Below are positions 51,438-64,000 of a stretch of DNA of 64,000 bases, in pieces (position 1 is the first letter of the stretch; each line of letters opens with the position of its first letter). The notes under the pieces are model-generated. The model did no database searches and had not been told where the DNA came from. It saw only the letters and a list, made by a program, of their open reading frames with translations. The position numbers and the translations under genes are program-made. Source of the stretch: Trichosphaerium sp. ATCC 40318 (lineage: Eukaryota > Protista > Tubulinea); the NCBI GenBank assembly GCA_038496445.1, contig JALMLS010000531.1:62001-126000 (forward strand). Direction: 5' to 3'.

Positions 51438-51876
51438 CAATTTTCATTTGTAGTCAAAAAAAAAAATAAAAAACAAGCTGAAAGCTAGAATTGACACTTG
51501 TGACGCACCATTAGTTCCAATAGTTTGGCGTAGAGTTGCTTTCACAATCTTGAAGTTACAAAGCACGTGTAGGAAAGTAGTTGCAAGACTTTGTTATCAT
51601 TTCAAAGTAACCAATTACTTAGCTTGCAAGATTTTGCATGGGTTTGTGGCGGTAAAAATATACTTGGCGCCACTTTCCCAATGAAATTATATTACTTCAA
51701 CCAATAAAAAGGAGTACTCATAAGCACTTGAGAGACAAGACCGAAATAAGAAAGTGTACAATTCATGACATACGACGATATTATTGACACTATTAAATTG
51801 ACAAACAAGAGACCAGGAATTATAAGCAACGATGGGTATATTTTTTTGTTTAATGGGTAACATTTTTTTAAGTACA

Positions 51877-53096
51877 CTAACCGTCGCGACCGGTGTAGAT
51901 TTGTTTTGTACCTCTGAGCAAACCGGTTCTTCTGGCAGCAATGTGACCGACTTTTCTACCAGGACAGGTATCTCTAGCAATAGTCGAAGCTTTACCAATA
52001 TGCTGGTGATTACCTAAAAAAAAATAAGCACCAAGTCAAAGAACATACAAAAACCTCCAAATTTCAAAAAAATCCCGCGAAACAAGTTCAAAAAAAAATT
52101 CAGAACAATATACGTACCACCACCATGTGGATGGTCGACGGCGTTCATAGCAACACCACGAACAACAGGCCAAGCTTTTCGCAATTTGCGGAATTTCCAG
52201 AAAGCGTTACCAGCCTTGAGCATAGGCTTTTCGATACGTCCACCACCAGAGATGATTCCGATCATAGCACGGCATTTAGAATGTACAAACTTTTTTTTGC
52301 CTGTAAAGGTGATGAGCAAAAGAAAGCGAAACGATCAAAAAGCGAAAGTTTTTTTTTCTGGTTTTTCCAGCGTGTACTTACCGGAAGGCATCTTCAATAG
52401 TGTCTTTCCGTCTTCTGTGTGCTGAATTATGCTACAAAACCTACCAGATGCTCTGGCAAGACGACCTTTTCGAAACAAGTCAGAAAAAATATTATTGATT
52501 GCTTGTATGCGTTTGTATACGACGAGAGCGTAGTTATACGCGTTTTTTGTGAATACAAGTAAAAAATAGAGATGACGCACCTTTATCGCCGAGATGACGC
52601 TCTACGTTGCATACGATAGCACCTTCTGGGATACGGTACAATGGCAAGATGTTACCAACAGCGATTTGAGCTATTGAGAAAGTAAATTTCTCAGTTACGC
52701 TATTTAGTGTGTATAATACGTACCGTTTCTTCCAGCGTACACGAATTGACCTGTGTACATACCCTCAGTAGCGAGAATGTATTGGGTGTCTTTAGCCAAG
52801 CGATACGCATTGCGAAATTGAACCTTAGCAACTGGAGCACCTCTACCGGACTCATGGATGATATCTTTGACAACACCACGGATGAACCCTTTGCGCTCAA
52901 CGTAATCGACTTTTCTGAATTGAGGCCTAGTTCCTAGTCTGTGAAAGTTTCTAGACTATTGGCAATGGGTTAGAGCCTGAGAAAAAGCGATGAAACCATA
53001 CCGTGTAGATGTTACCACGCCCCTTTCTTTGACCTGAAACGCGTGTAAATCGATTGCATTAGCGTATATATACGTACTCCTAATGTTTTTACCCAT
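51877..53096 (-). CDS. RPL8: 60S ribosomal protein L8 (uL2), multi-exon
   Basis: [53 protein letters not shown]. Confidence 0.97.
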
Positions 53097-53272
53097 GCTG
53101 CCAAGGCGATGTTTTACTAAAAATTGGGCCTAAAAAATAAAAAGTGAAGAAAGTCCACTAAAAGTCAAAAGAATTTTCGCGACCAAGTTACAGAATAGCT
53201 TCTGTGAGAATTTGAGGCTCAAGCGTTACAACACTTCTTCGAACGTTACACTTTACAATACGCTCATACGTC

Positions 53273-55526
53273 ATGGAACCAAAAGAAACACGCGACCCTG
53301 CAGAATGTAGCCCTTCAACTACAATTCCCAATTTCCTCAAGCAATATTACGAAACAAGTACTTTCCACCATCTATCTGCGTGGCGATTACGCTTTCAGGT
53401 ACTTTTTACGGTTATAAACGTACTTCAGACCAACTTTCTGTAGAACATGACGTCTGAGCTATTAAAGCAGCATACGAAGTCCCAGCGAAGCGTTAATCTC
53501 AACGGGCACTAAAATTACGCTAACATTTTATGTTGACACCTCTCAGATCCACCGAATTTTCATGCAGCGGTTCTTCAGCGTCTGAAGGAGGTTTCGATGA
53601 ATCTTTCGATTCTAGTGACTACGGAAAGGCAATGGAGCTATCAAGTCAAGAAGACCGCATTATTATGCACGTGGATATGGCACGTGCGCCAAACTGATTT
53701 AAACTTTATTAACTTGTGGCTAGGATTGTTTTTATGTGAGCGTTGCAATAAGGGAACAACCAATGCTTGCTGGAAAGGTGCACCAACTTAGTTTTATGAA
53801 TGTTACTGACTTCTATCCATAGCCTGTGGTCATATGTCCCAGTAAGAATATCAAGGGCACTTCTGAGATTGCTGCAGCGTCTTATGAGGCTCGTAGTTTG
53901 GGTACATGTCTATAGAGTTTATTGCAATGTATTAATTGTGTTTCAGGTATAAAAGCGCGTATGTTTGTTCGTGACGCACTGAAATTATGCCCAACGTTGA
54001 TTTCTTTACCTTGTGATTTTGAAAAATACGAGAAAGTTTCTGAACAGTTGTACAAGGCAATTATAAATTACTCTCATAAAATAGAAGCTGTACGCTTGAA
54101 GCTTGTTTTAAATTAGTGACATTGTAACAAGGTTTCTGCTGACGAAGCATTGCTGGATATATCTGAGTGGGGTTGGGGCCGTGCTGAGGAGGTAATATAT
54201 TGACCTGTGCATTTGTTTGACAAGCTTAGGTTGGCGCAAAGTTGCGAAAAGAAATCTGGAATGTCACGCATTGTACTATTGTTTTTACTCCTGACAAGAC
54301 GTGTAACAACTAAATTGTTTCTTTACAGGTCCAGCAAGTGTTGGTATAGGACCTAACCCACTTGTGGCAAAATTAGCTAATCGAAAAGCTAAGCCAAACG
54401 GCTTGAAAGGTATGAAGTAGTTTGTGTTTAGATAATTACTTATTCACGTGTAGTCGTTTTCCCAGCAATGTGCCCTTCCTTTGTGATTGGATTTAATATA
54501 ATATCCCTACCTGGTGTAGGTGAAGCTACTGCAAAGAATTTAAAGAAGTATAACGTTTCTACATGCAAAGATCTGCTTGACTTTGGAAAAGCGAAATTGC
54601 AAACATGTGTTGGACAAAAAATGGGCGAAAAATTATTTAACTATGCTTCTGGTGTTGACACCAGACCTTTGCGGTTCATTCACGTGCGCTATTTAAAAAC
54701 CTTATAAAAGGATCTTTATTAAGAGTTTACATAGAAAAGAAAAAGTGTTGGTAGTCAAGTTTCTTGGGGTGTTCGCTTCAAAACTGAACAAGAAGTTTCA
54801 AAGTTTCTTGGAGAGCTTTCAGCAGAAGTCTCTTCAAGACTTCAAAAATTAAAACTTAAAGGTAGTCGTATTCACTTGAAAGTACGTGTTGCCTTGAGTG
54901 ATGCACCTGAACCAGCGAAATATGGTAATCCTGGAAGGCACAATGTAAAATCAAAATCAAAAAAAATGGGAATTGTGACGGATGATGCAAATACACTTGC
55001 ATTATTTACCCGACAAGTATGTAAATTTTTGTTTCCTCCTCTTAGGCATGGTCTTTGTTATTGACTTTATTTTGATAGTTATGGAAGGCTATGGAAATAA
55101 AACCTGTACGTGCAAGAGGTTTTGGTATTGTTGTAGATCAACTTGATAATGAGAAGGAAGAAAAGCAACAAAAGAAAACACCACAAGGTAAAGATTACTT
55201 GAGAAAATTATACATTTTTTATTATTCTCTTTGTCAATTCTTTACAACGGTATCTGTTTGGGTGACAGTTGTATTAATGCCTTGTAGCGAATCAACTCAC
55301 TCAGTATTTTGAAAAGAAGAAGGAATCAGATAATAACGTATTTAAATCTTGGTCAAAGAAGCCAAAAGCAAAACCAAAAGAGAAAAACAAAACACAAACA
55401 CTTACAAACTTTTTTCAAGTTGTAAAGAGGAAACGTGATCATGATCAACCTCAAAAACAAATAGATAACCAACCGCCCAAAAAGAAACTAAAGACAACCA
55501 CACCTGAGAAAGACAACCAAAAGTAA
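53273..55526 (+). CDS. Y-family DNA polymerase, Rev1-like catalytic core (atypical), multi-exon
   Basis: N-digit-like YYETSTFHHLSAWR, MHVDMDCFY, IAAASYEARSLGI, VSADE, LPGVG, RKSVGSQVSWGVRF; C-terminal PIP-like QTLTNFF. Confidence 0.88.
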
Positions 55527-55643
55527 AACAAAAAAACTTTTCGACAAGCACATAAAAATGTAAATAGAAACAATAAAAAAAACCACAGAAAGACAGTCTA
55601 CTTATAAAAATATTTGTATTTTGTCTTCTATTCAATAAACAAA

Positions 55644-57464
55644 TTATGTAGATGGTACTGACGTATCTTCCCCGTTTTCTGGAGCTGTTTTAGGTACATC
55701 CGAGCCTCTGGTGGTGGGTGGTACTGAAGTATCCTCTCCGTTTTCTGGAATTGAATCCTCTCCATCCTCTGGAGCTGCTTTAGGTTCATCATCAGGAACC
55801 TCTGGCGTTGTAGGCAATACTGATGTATCCTCTCCGTTTTCTGGAGCTGCTTTAGGTTCATCAGCAGGAGCCTCTGCCGTTGTAGGCAATACTGATGTAT
55901 CCTCTTCGTTTTCTGGAATTGAATCCTCTCCATCCTCTGGAGCTGTTTTAGGTTCATCAGAAACCTCTGGTGTTGCAGATGCTGATGTATCTTCCTTGTT
56001 TTCTGGAATTGGCTCCTCTCCATTCTCTGGAACTGTTTTGGGTACATCAGGAACCTCTGGTGTTGATGTATCCTCCCCGTTTTCTGCATCTATTTTAGGT
56101 ACATCAGGGATCTCTGGTGTTGCCGATGGCGCTGATACATCATTCCCATTCTCCGTAACTTTTATGTCAGAAGTCTCTGGTGTTGTAGGCGGTGTTGATG
56201 TATCCTGGGCAGTTTCTGGAGCTGTTTTAGGTACGTCAGTAACCTCTGGTGTTGCAGGTGCTGATATATCCTCCTTGTTTTCTGGAATTGGGTCCTCTCC
56301 ATTCTCTGGAACTGTTTTAGGTACATCAGTAACCTCTGGTGTTGTAGATGCTGATGTATCTTCTTTGTTTTCGGTTTTAGGCGCATTAGGCGTATCCGGT
56401 GTAGGTACTGATGTATCCTTCCCATTTTTTGGAACTGTTTTAGGTACATCAGGAGTCTTACTAAAAATGTTCGAGTTTGCCATTCTCACAATAAACGGAG
56501 ATGGCACTTCACTGCTTTTTTTCCTCCTTTTAGGACCACGTTGTACAGTTTTTTCAGTCTTGGTACAATACATCAGTACCAAGAATGAAGTGAGGTAGAG
56601 TGACTACAATGTTAAAGGTACGTACATAAAGTTGTTCATAATGTTTAATGATATCTATTATTAATTCTCTACTAGAAACCTCGTCACCTTGCATATAGTA
56701 TTGTTCTATATTAGGTCGACAAAAATATTGCATTAGCAACTTTGCTAAAGTTTTAATATCAGATCCTCCTCCTGCATTAATCTCGTGAAGTAGGAATAAA
56801 AGCTGCTTTAGGACCATTTGATTTTTTGTCTTTAATTTTTTGAATATCTTCTTATATGTATTAATCCGTTGAGCTTCGTCTTTAAGCACTATTTATAGTA
56901 AAGGAAGAAAATCAATTTCAAAAAAAAACAAAAAAAACGTGACATTTCTTGACACATTGTGTCGGAATAAGGATACTGGATGTAAGTATGAGTAAATCGT
57001 AGTTATCATATTCTAGAAGAGGATGTGGAAGGATTTTGAGATGTTCTAGGCAGTGTAAGTTTCTTACAAAGAGTGTCAAATGATTGTTTGTAAACCAAGG
57101 GACTGTACGCACCAATTATAGCGTCAGCTACCACGTTGTTATTAACTTTGTCGGATAGGCGTATTTTTCCACCTTCTATGTTGAGATAATTAGTGTCCTG
57201 CTCGTAATAGCGCGGGTGTACCTGTTTTGAGCTTTCGAGAGAGCCCTACAAGCGCTTTTGAACTTCCTTTTTTTGTGAACAGGTCAGGGTGGCTGACACC
57301 TAATAATAGAGCGTAAGAGGACATTGTTGTAACTATCAGCAAACAAATACAAAGGTAGACAATTACAATTAGTTTTCGCCACGTTGTGTGCACTTACCGT
57401 GCTTAATGAGGTGCTCTATAAGCTTTATAATAACTTTGTAAGTGTCTGCGTGGTTTGAAGCCAT
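55644..57464 (-). CDS. RhoGAP-like domain protein with long acidic Pro/Thr/Glu tandem-repeat tail
   Basis: LIEHLIKHG...DLFTKKGS, VADAIIEHLKILPHPLL, NQMVLKQLLFLLHEI; tail repeats ENGEDTS...TPEVPDVPKT. Confidence 0.7.
55650..56460 (-). repeat. Degenerate coding tandem repeat (ENGEDTS/PEVPDVPKT units)
   Basis: Recurrent ctgatgtatcctc and tctggagctg(c/t)tttaggt blocks. Confidence 0.85.
56889..56976 (-). other. U12-type GT-AG intron in the RhoGAP-like gene
   Basis: Donor GTATCCTTA; branch-like TTCCTTTAC followed by 9 nt ending in AG; joins LTS|MLKDE in frame. Confidence 0.8.
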
Positions 57465-57704
57465 AATGAGAGATTTCGAGTGATGAAATTCGACCAATGT
57501 CACTAAAACTATCCCTATAGTACGATAAGACATTTTTACATTGTTGTTCAAAAAATAGTAAGCCAAAAGTGTTTCCTACTATGATGCAATGTACCTAGTT
57601 ACGTACTAAAGACATATACACTGTTGCAGTTATTAGCGTAACGTCTGGCCAAACTACGTTATCTCAGGTCAAATAGCGTCAACTACGTTTTTCACACTAA
57701 CTAC

Positions 57705-58326
57705 ATGATGAACGGAAGCACATTATTGGCTTTCGTAGCTATATTAGCCGTTTTATTGCCATTGGTATTTAGGAACCTCAATTATTGGGAAGATTCTAAT
57801 TTATGTCTAGGCTAACTCGGCGCTCGTCCCACCTTTCAAGGTAATACAAATTATAGAAGTTGATGCTGGCAGTTGTGACTTATGCAATAGTTGCGTCAGC
57901 AGAGATGATGGCTCCGTTAAAACCACTGGCGCGTATTACACTATAAATTAAAATAAATTACTACTTTAGCTCGTTAACGAAAAAATAGGTTGCTGCGGGC
58001 AATCCTTCGAGATCAGCAGTGCCAGCGGTAACTTTACAGAGCAAATGTGCTCACACTTTTGTTCAAACGATGGTATTACATGTTGTGGGTGCAACGCTGA
58101 GCTGAGCACTGATCCAAACTTCAGTACGCTTGTCTAGAATCATCCGAAATGTCCTTACTCTCAATTAGGCTGTTTTGGATGCAGCAACAGTTCGTCTTGT
58201 ACATCTCTTAACGATTCTGACTCTCCTCTACAACATTTTTGTTCTCCAGCTACACAATACTCAGTGTCTCCGCTTCTCCTCATTATGATGCTCGCAATTT
58301 CGCTACTTGCTGTACAATTAAACTGA
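57705..58326 (+). CDS. Small Cys-rich secreted, probably GPI-anchored protein, 4 exons
   Basis: Signal peptide, many Cys, C-terminal hydrophobic tail SPLLLIMMLAISLLAV. Requires a GC-AG intron at 57929-57988. Confidence 0.7.
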
Positions 58327-58492
58327 TAAGAAACACACGAAATTACGCGTTACACTTGTAAAAAGATAGATGACACTTGACGCTTGCGTCTGAAGCTGTA
58401 CTAATTTAAATCTATACGCTCAATTGGTTGTATTATTTGCATGTCGATTGTGATGTTTAGGAAACAAATTGACTTTCCATTTGCGTTGTAGC

Positions 58493-59894
58493 ATGTCTAG
58501 TGCGCCCAGCTACCCAAAATCTAAACAGCCCTCAGGCAATTGCACATGGTTAACGCACTTTTGTGAGCGCCTGTCGTCGAAGACCGCCAAATCAAGTATG
58601 CTACAGTTTACATTTTATAGTTAATGTTGCGTAAAGAGTCCTGGAAGCTTCATTATTGGATTTACGTGCATTGGATTGCGTTTTTTTATTTTCATATTAC
58701 GTTTTGGTGTGATGTACTCCCTTATTGGCCGGAAGATCATATCCTACCTATAGTTTCAATTTTCTTGTTTTTTGGTTAGTATTTCCCTTAACCTACCCAA
58801 GCTGGAACCAATCATACATAATCGTCTATTTAATTGGCGGGTTAGGCGTATTCAACCTACCATTGTATCCTACGTTGTCAAAATACAAACAATTCAACAT
58901 ACCTTTTATTCTTCTTGACGCTAAGCTATGAGACTGTGCGACGCATGAACCCAGGTTTTGTTGAAAGAAATAAAGAGGATGAAAAGTATTGGCCTTTAGG
59001 ATGGTCAATGGACGCAAACAACGCTCACAATCAAACCAATGACAAAGGGGGCGTTAAATCAGAAACTAACTTCGAGCCAGTTCATGGTACACATCCATCT
59101 GGTCTCCCTTATTGCCCATCTTGCAGGGTACGTACTTGACATACTAATGCATACACTCGCTTCTAAATACTCTTAACAGACACTCAAATACATACGATCT
59201 AAACATGACAGATTCACCAACAGATGCGTACATCGCTTTGATCATTTCTGTCCGTACACGAACGCTGTCATAGGTACTGCTTTATAACTTACATTTCGTA
59301 CAACTCATAACCGGAAATGTAGCTGCCAACAACTTTTGCTTTTATGTTATCCTCCTCTACCTATGCTTCACTAACACTGCACTTCTCTCAATGGAGAGTT
59401 ACAGAGGTATGAAATAGAGCTGCTTTACAAAATGATTTCCACTTGTTTATGACTCATTTAGCTCTTATTTATGACGACATGGGTTACGGATTTCGCTTTT
59501 GGCGTTTAGTATTATGTTGCATTATCCAAATTCCATTCATTCTGGGTTCAGCTGCCTTGGTTGTTAGTTACACGCACAAGGTGCTACATAACTACACTCA
59601 CAATGAGTTTAAAAACCATTTTAAATATGATCACGTTCAATTCATGTTCCGTCATTACAGAAACTCTTTTGACGTTGGACGATTTCATAATATACGGTAC
59701 GTACTGTGTAGAGGTGCTATTATCAAAAAGACAACCTTCTTTTCGATTAATACTGAACAAGTCACTTACAAAAAATGTGTAGGGAATGCTTCAATGGCTT
59801 TAAGGGAGAGCGAGTTCACTATACACATAAAGTACTGTACCCTGAGCCTGCCGACTATCGTAAAGATGAAAAAAAAGCAGATGCAAAAGTATAG
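58493..59894 (+). CDS. DHHC-family palmitoyltransferase (DHFC variant), multi-exon
   Basis: NPG motif, CPSC...RSKHDRFTNRCVHRFDHFCPYTNAVIG, NYTHNE (TTxE-like), NSFDVGRFHNIRECF. Confidence 0.9.
58865..58925 (+). other. Probable U12-type GT-AG intron in the DHHC gene
   Basis: Donor GTATCCTA; branch-like CTTCTTGAC 6 nt before the intron end; restores LPFYETVRRMNPG. Confidence 0.65.
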
Positions 59895-60283
59895 CATCCA
59901 AGCAGTTGTAAGTAGTAATGCATTGTCGAAAAAGGTATTAATTAAAAAAATGTCATTTTGACTTGCACAAAAGTTTTTGTAGTCTCTGGTAATGTTTATT
60001 GCTCGCTCTTTTTAGTGTTGTAAACGCATTTTAAGTATAAACTAATGGTGTAACGTTTGATCGCTTTTAAGGCAGGTTTAGATTGAATTATTATTATAAT
60101 AGTTTTCAAGTACTTGAATTACGCAGTACGAGCGTCCTTCGGCGATTAGGTGATTTAAGAGCGTTCATAGTTACTAGCAAACAATTTACTGACGAAACTA
60201 CTACAAATGTCATCTATTGAGGTACAACTGCGTGCAGTGTCAATTACTGGCGTTATTTAAAAGTTATTTTCGGCACCTCGTCT

Positions 60284-63200
60284 ATGCGTCGTGAGTTCTA
60301 AGCCTTTACTATAGGATAGCGATGCCTCTACCGAGAGCGAAGACCTGTACGCATTGTTTTATGTAAACGCTTACGTAAAGCTAACACTAACAGATCGACG
60401 GAAAGCGACTCGTCGTCATCAGAAGCACCAAAGGGTGGCGCTATGGTATGATCGTGCTTACAAAACTTTGCACTGACGTTTGGGTAGATGTTTGGAATGG
60501 ACTGGCTCGCTCAAATGGGCCAAGATATAAAGAAAGAAGAAGACAGCGAAGCAGAGGAGCAGAAAAAAAAAGAGGAAGCAGAGGTTAGGACCAAGCCGTT
60601 ATAGGTTAAAACGGAAAAAAATACTCTATTCGTTTTATAACTAGCGAAGCGTATTCTGGAAAAACCAAGAGATGAATTTAGTTCATTTTATTTTATTTTC
60701 ATATTTATGACGTTTCCTTCTTTTCTTACCCACTTTGTCCAGAAAAAGAAGCTGTCAAAGGAGGAAAAGGTTAAGAAGGCTCTAGCTGACCTAGTAGCTG
60801 CAGAAGAAGAAGAAGAAAGACTAGAAGCTGAGCGTATGGCTAAAATAAACAAAGCTCGCGAAGAAGCAGAGAGCGAGGCTATACCTATTATACCAGATAA
60901 GCCTGTTGTTTCAGTAAATGCTAGCGTGGATGTCTCTGTAGGCGATAGCAAAGAAAAAAAGCATCACCATCATCATAAACACCACCATTCACACAAACAT
61001 CACTCAGACAAAGATAAGAAGAAAAGGCATTCTGGAAAGCACAGCAAACATCACAAGCATCACAAACACGAAAAGACACCTTCCAAAAAACGCATCTCGA
61101 ATCCTCCAAAGGTTGAAACACCTTCTAAAAAGCGTCTTTCGAATCCTCCAAAGGTAGAATCACCATCACCTGCGAAACGCAAGGCACCACCACCTGTTGT
61201 ACGTTTGTTTATCTTTCTCTACAAAAAACATTATGACTAACGGAAGTTTAGCCAAAGAAACCACGCAGCAGGAAGTCTGTTGAATTACAAGCTGGTGTGT
61301 TGACTGGCGATAAACTTGTAGATGCAGGGAGTGATTCTCCACCTCCAGCTGTACGTGTATAGCTCCATCAACGAATCTTGTTTTAACTTCTTTTTATAGC
61401 CAAGTAAGCCAACAAATTTGAGGTCAAGTGGCAAAAAGAAACCTCTGCCAGTAAGTTTTTATTTTCAAGATGCTTGCGAACTTCGGGTTTGACTATTTTG
61501 TAGGTACCAAAATCAAGGCAGTCGGGTGACTTTTCAGCTCCTAGTGTACCAGTACGTATTGTATTATCATTCAACAAACTAATGTATACTTCAGGCAAAG
61601 CCAGCTAAGCCATCAGTACCTTCAAAACCAACACTTTCCCGTCCTGTATGTATTAAAAGTTGGAAAATCACCCTAACTATTATTTAGACTCCACCGCCTT
61701 CCATACCAGGTTTGCCACCACCACCAACTGTGCCACCGCCAGAGTTGCCGCCACAAGAATTACCACCACCAGACTTACCTGCGCCTGATTTGCCACCACC
61801 TGATTTAGCACCAGACTTGCCACCACCGGATGAAGCACCTCCTGTGCTTCCAGCACCAGCTAGACCTCCACCACCTGAGTCTGCACCAGCTAGGCCTCCA
61901 CCAGTTACAACACAGGGTCCTAGTACAACACCTCTTGGTAGGCTTGTCAGTCCAGTAGCTCCAAAACGACCAGCACCTAAGCGTGCTGCTCCATCTCGTA
62001 AAGCAGTAAGTGAAGTACCTCCATTATGTATTAACTAATAACATGATTTAGCCTGTACCAAAATCATCGGCTCCTGCTACTCCTGGAACCTTTAAAGTAC
62101 AGCTTAGAGCCACGCCAAACGCTGCTGTACGTAAAAACCCACCTAAAGCCAATGTACCTTCTTGGGTTGCCAAGAAAGGAGCATGTGGCTTAAAGAAGCG
62201 AAACTTTAAAGGACCACCAGTCAACCGCTTTGGAAAAGGCGCTAAGAAAGGTTGGGGTGGTAAGAAGCGCCCATTGAAGGCGGGTAGATATGGAAAGAAG
62301 AGAGGACCAGGTCCTTATAAGAAAGGTTTTGCTAAATTCCGCGCTGGAAAAAAGAAGCAGTTGAATAGATTTGGTCAGCCAAAGGCTCCACCACCTTGGG
62401 CAAAACGACCTGTTAAGCGACCTCCAAAGAAGAACAATGGAGGCGCAAGGGTGCCACTAAGTGGCTTGCGTCCGGTCAGACCGAACAAACCAGCTCCTAC
62501 ATCGCCTAGGAGTAGAAATCAAAAAGCTACTCCTGAATTTTCGGCCAGCGTAAACGCTGGTGTACCTGCACCAAATCCTGCTGTAGAAGGGCTTAATAAG
62601 CCAGTAGTAGTTAGTACAACATCTAAAGGTGTTGATTTATCGAATGAGGATATGATAGAACCTACTACGAGCACAACACCTACAATACCTAAGAAAAGGT
62701 TCTTGGGGAAGCTTAGACAGTCTGTTACAACGTCACAAGCAGCACAAGCTGAAGAAGCTTCAGGCGGTTCTGATGTTGCAGGACAGATGTCTTCTTTGGC
62801 TAAAGCTGGCACTCCGGCACCTAGTGCTACAGTGAACTGGGATGAGGATGAGAGTTATAGCGACTTGCAGAAACAAGAAGAGGAAGCAGATAGGAAACGT
62901 ATGGGCGGTTTGAATGCTGATAAGATGGCTATCATCGCTGAGATGCAAAGAGCTGGTGAAATTGAGCTTAAAGATGCTTCAGACGATGAACATAATTGGT
63001 CTGGAGATGAGAAAGATGATACGGCTGTAAATAGAGGTATGCGAAGCAAATGTTTTTTGTTCAGATCTTTTGACGATGTTTTTTTTCTTGGATTATTCTT
63101 TATTGTTTTTTTTCCGTTTCTGTTGCTCAAGTTTTTGTTCTTAGATGACGATAAAGTTGGGTTAAAGGATGTTGCTAACAGGATAAAGAATATCAAAATT

Positions 63201-63729
63201 AGTAATCCATTGGGTAAAGAGCAGTATCATGAGCACACTGGTATGTGAACACTCAATTTTTTTCTTTGCTTTCGTTAGTTGTAAGTTTTAATGATTTGAC
63301 ATTTTGTTTGTTTTAGATGCTGAGCTTCAAGAAATGACGTTAATGCAACTCCTAAAAGTTGCTAAACATCTAAAGATATCGACTGATACAATGGAGGATA
63401 AAGTGACTATTATAGGCGCTATATCAAAGAGACAAGCTGAAATCGCTGCTGAAGAGCAAGGACAAGGTGGAGGTGAAACAATAGAAGTGAAGAAGAAGCG
63501 TAGACTTTCTGCTAGATTGAATCGTATGTCCTTACTTTTTTTTTTGGGTTTTTGTTTATGTTGTAACTTCTTCATAGCTAAGAATGTATTTTCTCAAAAA
63601 GCTCAGCCTCAAAGTAATAATACACCTCAACCTTCTAGTACAAGTGAGAGTCCTACTCATGGTCATAAGAAAAAGAAGAAAAAGTGGACTAATAGTATAA
63701 AGAAGTTGAGCAAAGTCAACAAAAAGTAA
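60284..63729 (+). CDS. Large low-complexity Pro/Lys/His-rich protein, multi-exon, with C-terminal HeH/Rho-N-like motif
   Basis: Long open exons with poly-Pro and His/Lys tracts; LQEMTLMQLLKVAKHLKI...KVTIIGAI. Confidence 0.6.
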
Positions 63730-64000
63730 GATTAAAGTTAAAAAAACTTTATCCTTACCCCAATAAAAAAATGTACCATAATTTAAATCACGTTAAACAA
63801 GACCTATCGTGGGTCACCAATAGCTCTTAAGCACGACATTAGTGGTAACTCACAGTTCCTAAAGCTAGCTTCATTCTATTGCATTTTCCAGTTTTTTTGT
63901 GTCAATAAATGCCAAAGTCTAAAATAGTCACGTGTTTTAGTAAAACGCACTAGCGTACGTAAAGCAACTACTGCAAAAGTAATTTTACCTGTGTCGTGTT

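Noticed and set aside
55711-56598. 295-aa plus-strand ORF and the alternative-frame ORFs 55628-56089 and 56162-56449
   Set aside because: Shadows of the repetitive acidic tail of the minus-strand RhoGAP-like gene.
58739-58796. Possible AT-AC U12 intron (ATATCCTAC ... TTCCCTTAAC CTAC) in the DHHC gene
   Set aside because: Splicing it shifts the frame and reaches a stop, whereas the GT-AG intron 58775-58845 gives a sensible TM helix. At most a non-productive alternative.

Overview
Gene-dense, AT-rich genomic DNA from an intron-rich unicellular eukaryote. The lineage cannot be fixed from this window; the gene content is compatible with an amoeboid protist. About 35 protein-coding genes are split by short introns (mostly 40-90 nt; GT-AG, a few GC-AG, at least three U12-type), so the ORF track shows only fragments. 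All gene models below were spliced by hand. Recognisable genes include PP2C, an IFI44-like GTPase, sPLA2, Mit_KHE1, a PTGR-like oxidoreductase, CCDC84/CENATAC, a class C GPCR, two F-box/LRR proteins, PhyH, Rho/Rac, an ADP-ribosylglycohydrolase, AGGF1-like, kelch, ANKRD39-like, cyclophilin, RPL8, a DHHC transferase and a 752-bp hAT-type MITE with a perfect 8-bp TSD. The main find is an 11-exon, about 583-aa gene fusing a complete G-alpha domain, substituted at the Ras G12 and Q61 equivalents, to a C-terminal BTB/POZ domain: a candidate G-alpha analogue of RhoBTB Cullin3 adaptors. Other highlights: a Rev1-like polymerase lacking the protein-template Arg and BRCT but carrying a PIP box; a stand-alone p300/CBP HAT domain behind a glycine-zipper hydrophobic segment; an apparently high U12-intron density; strong enrichment of CACGTG.
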